From Chiloscyllium plagiosum (taxonomy: Eukaryota), in the NCBI RefSeq assembly GCF_004010195.1, contig NC_057749.1, positions 11,259,523 to 11,305,421 on the forward strand: DNA of 45,899 bases, written 5' to 3'. The position numbers and the translations under genes were made by a program. Below the pieces are notes generated by a model. It ran no database searches, was not told where the DNA came from, and saw only the letters and a program-made list of their open reading frames with translations. Each line of letters begins with the position of its first letter. Position 1 is the first letter of the stretch. Of the stretch, positions 44,424 through 45,899 are shown one piece after another.

Positions 44424-45700
44424 TTAAAAAGTCACAACCGTCTCCAACACATTGTCTGTGACATATACATTAAAATGCTCCAAGGCCAGTACCAAACTTA
44501 ATAGCTCCCTTTCGATCATGGAGTATTTCTTCTGGTGGATGTTGAGTTTCTTCAAAAAGTAACCAACTGGCAGTTCAATCCCATTATCATCTTCCTGTAA
44601 CAGTACAGCTCCAACCATGTCACTGGCATCGATGGCAACTTTGAAAGGTTTCGAACGGTTTGGTGTAGCTAAAATAGGTGAGGTGGTTAACATGGGTATT
44701 ATGCCTCCTGGCATTGTTCTGTCCCCTGAAACTTTGCATTCTTCTTCAGCAAGTCAGTTAACAGTGCCACTACACTGCTTAAGTTCGGAACAACTTCCAA
44801 AAGAATCCGCTTGGTCCCAAGAATCAAAGCACCTCTTTCTTCGAAGTTGGTCATGGAAATTCCTCAATGGCCTTCGTCTTTGCGTTCTGTGGGAGCAACC
44901 TTCCAAGGCTGATGTTACGTCCCAAGAACGTCACCTCTGTTTTCGTGAACTCAGTTTTGTTTAAGTTTATTACCAGTTTTGCTTCTCATACTCATTCAAA
45001 GAGTTCTGCCAACTGTACCATGTGATCTTTCCAGGACATACTAAAGATCACTACATCGTCCAAATAGACTGCACAATTTGGTAACCCAGCCACAACTCTG
45101 TTCATGAGTCTTTGGAATGTGGCAGGTGCATTCTTCGTTCCAAAGGACATCACTCAGATTTGATGTAGCCCATTTGGGGTTACAAACACAGAAATTTCTT
45201 TCTCCGTCTCTACTAAAGATACCTGCCAGTTACCAAGCATCAAGTCCAACTTGATAATGTAACTGGCTTGTCCAACTTTCGCGATACAGTCCTCCAATCT
45301 CAATACTGGATATGAGCCTGATTTTGTAACAATGTTGACCTTCCGATAATCCATGCAAAATTGTTGAGTCCAGTCTAGTTTGGAAACTAAGACAATCAAC
45401 AAACTCTACTCGCTCTGGCTCAGTTCAATGATATCCACATACAGCATAGCATCACCTCCTTCTGGACCTGTCTGGCTTTGAAAGGATTAAGCCGATAGGG
45501 GTGTTGTTTTATCGGAGCAGTATTCCCTACGGCTACTTCATATACAATAGCATTAGTCCTCCCCATCTGATTCCTACATATGTCCTCACACTGCAGTAAC
45601 AAACCTTTCAATTGTGTTCTGTACTCCTGAGACAGACAGTTTATAAACTATCCCATTCCTCAAGGACTTCATTTTTTAACATACTTTGGTGCGTATCAAA
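44424..45700 (-). mobile_element. Gypsy (possibly Gmr1-like) pol fragment: RT and RNase H, decayed
   Basis: PIKQHPYR, FCMDYRKVN...SYPVLRLEDCI...KLDL, and PFKVAIDASD.VGAVLLQ...PVGYF...YSMIERELL. Confidence 0.88.
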
Positions 45701-45757
45701 ATTCACAACATCTGGATTTGATTCCTCACTCTGCTGGGCAGTAACTAACACCTCTGG

Positions 45758-45899
45758 ATCAATGGTGCTGGAAGAGCACAGCAATTCAGGCAGCATCCGA
45801 GGACAGGCAAAATCGACGTTTCGGGCAAAAGCCCTTCATCAGGAATAAAGGCAGAGAGCCTGAAGCATGGAGAGATAAGCTAGAGGAGGGTGGGGGTGG
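45758..45899 (-). mobile_element. Penelope-like element terminal repeat (runs off window edge)
   Basis: Same family as 8940-9075 and 10333-10705. Confidence 0.75.
45811..45846 (-). ncRNA. Minimal type I hammerhead ribozyme motif (Penelope-associated), intact core
   Basis: AUUC-CUGAUGA-A-GGGC-UUUU-GCCC-GAAACGUC^GAUU: perfect helix II, palindromic ACGU helix III, GUC cleavage triplet. Confidence 0.7.

Noticed and set aside
1..45899. CRISPR arrays, operons or prokaryotic defence systems
   Set aside because: The sequence is eukaryotic (spliceosomal introns, vertebrate retroposons) and has no repeat-spacer arrays.

Overview
Repeat-rich vertebrate genomic DNA, almost certainly from a shark or other elasmobranch (young HE1-type SINEs, HER1/CR1 LINEs). 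One host gene was reconstructed by hand: the last nine coding exons of a eukaryotic-type threonyl-tRNA synthetase (TARS family) on the minus strand, 42670 to 11130, 1089 nt or 362 aa plus stop. The frame is open across all splice junctions, one intron is GC-AG, and the upstream exons lie beyond the right edge. The catalytic and zinc-binding motifs are intact, but two normally conserved anticodon-binding arginines (KKIR, VNIR) are both Gln and a conserved hydrophobic residue (PVG) is Asp, suggesting a divergent or non-canonical ThrRS paralogue. The rest is decayed mobile DNA: CR1, Tx1 and L2/CR1-like LINEs, Gypsy LTR elements, TA-targeting MITEs, tRNA-derived SINEs and Penelope-like elements. 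The Penelope-derived pieces carry several minimal hammerhead-ribozyme cores, including foldback mini-elements with target-site duplications. There are 4- and 5-level nested insertions, and three different transposon classes inserted at the same site of the CR1 sequence. Repeat family names and comparisons with human and E. coli proteins are from memory, not database searches, and boundaries of decayed repeats are approximate.
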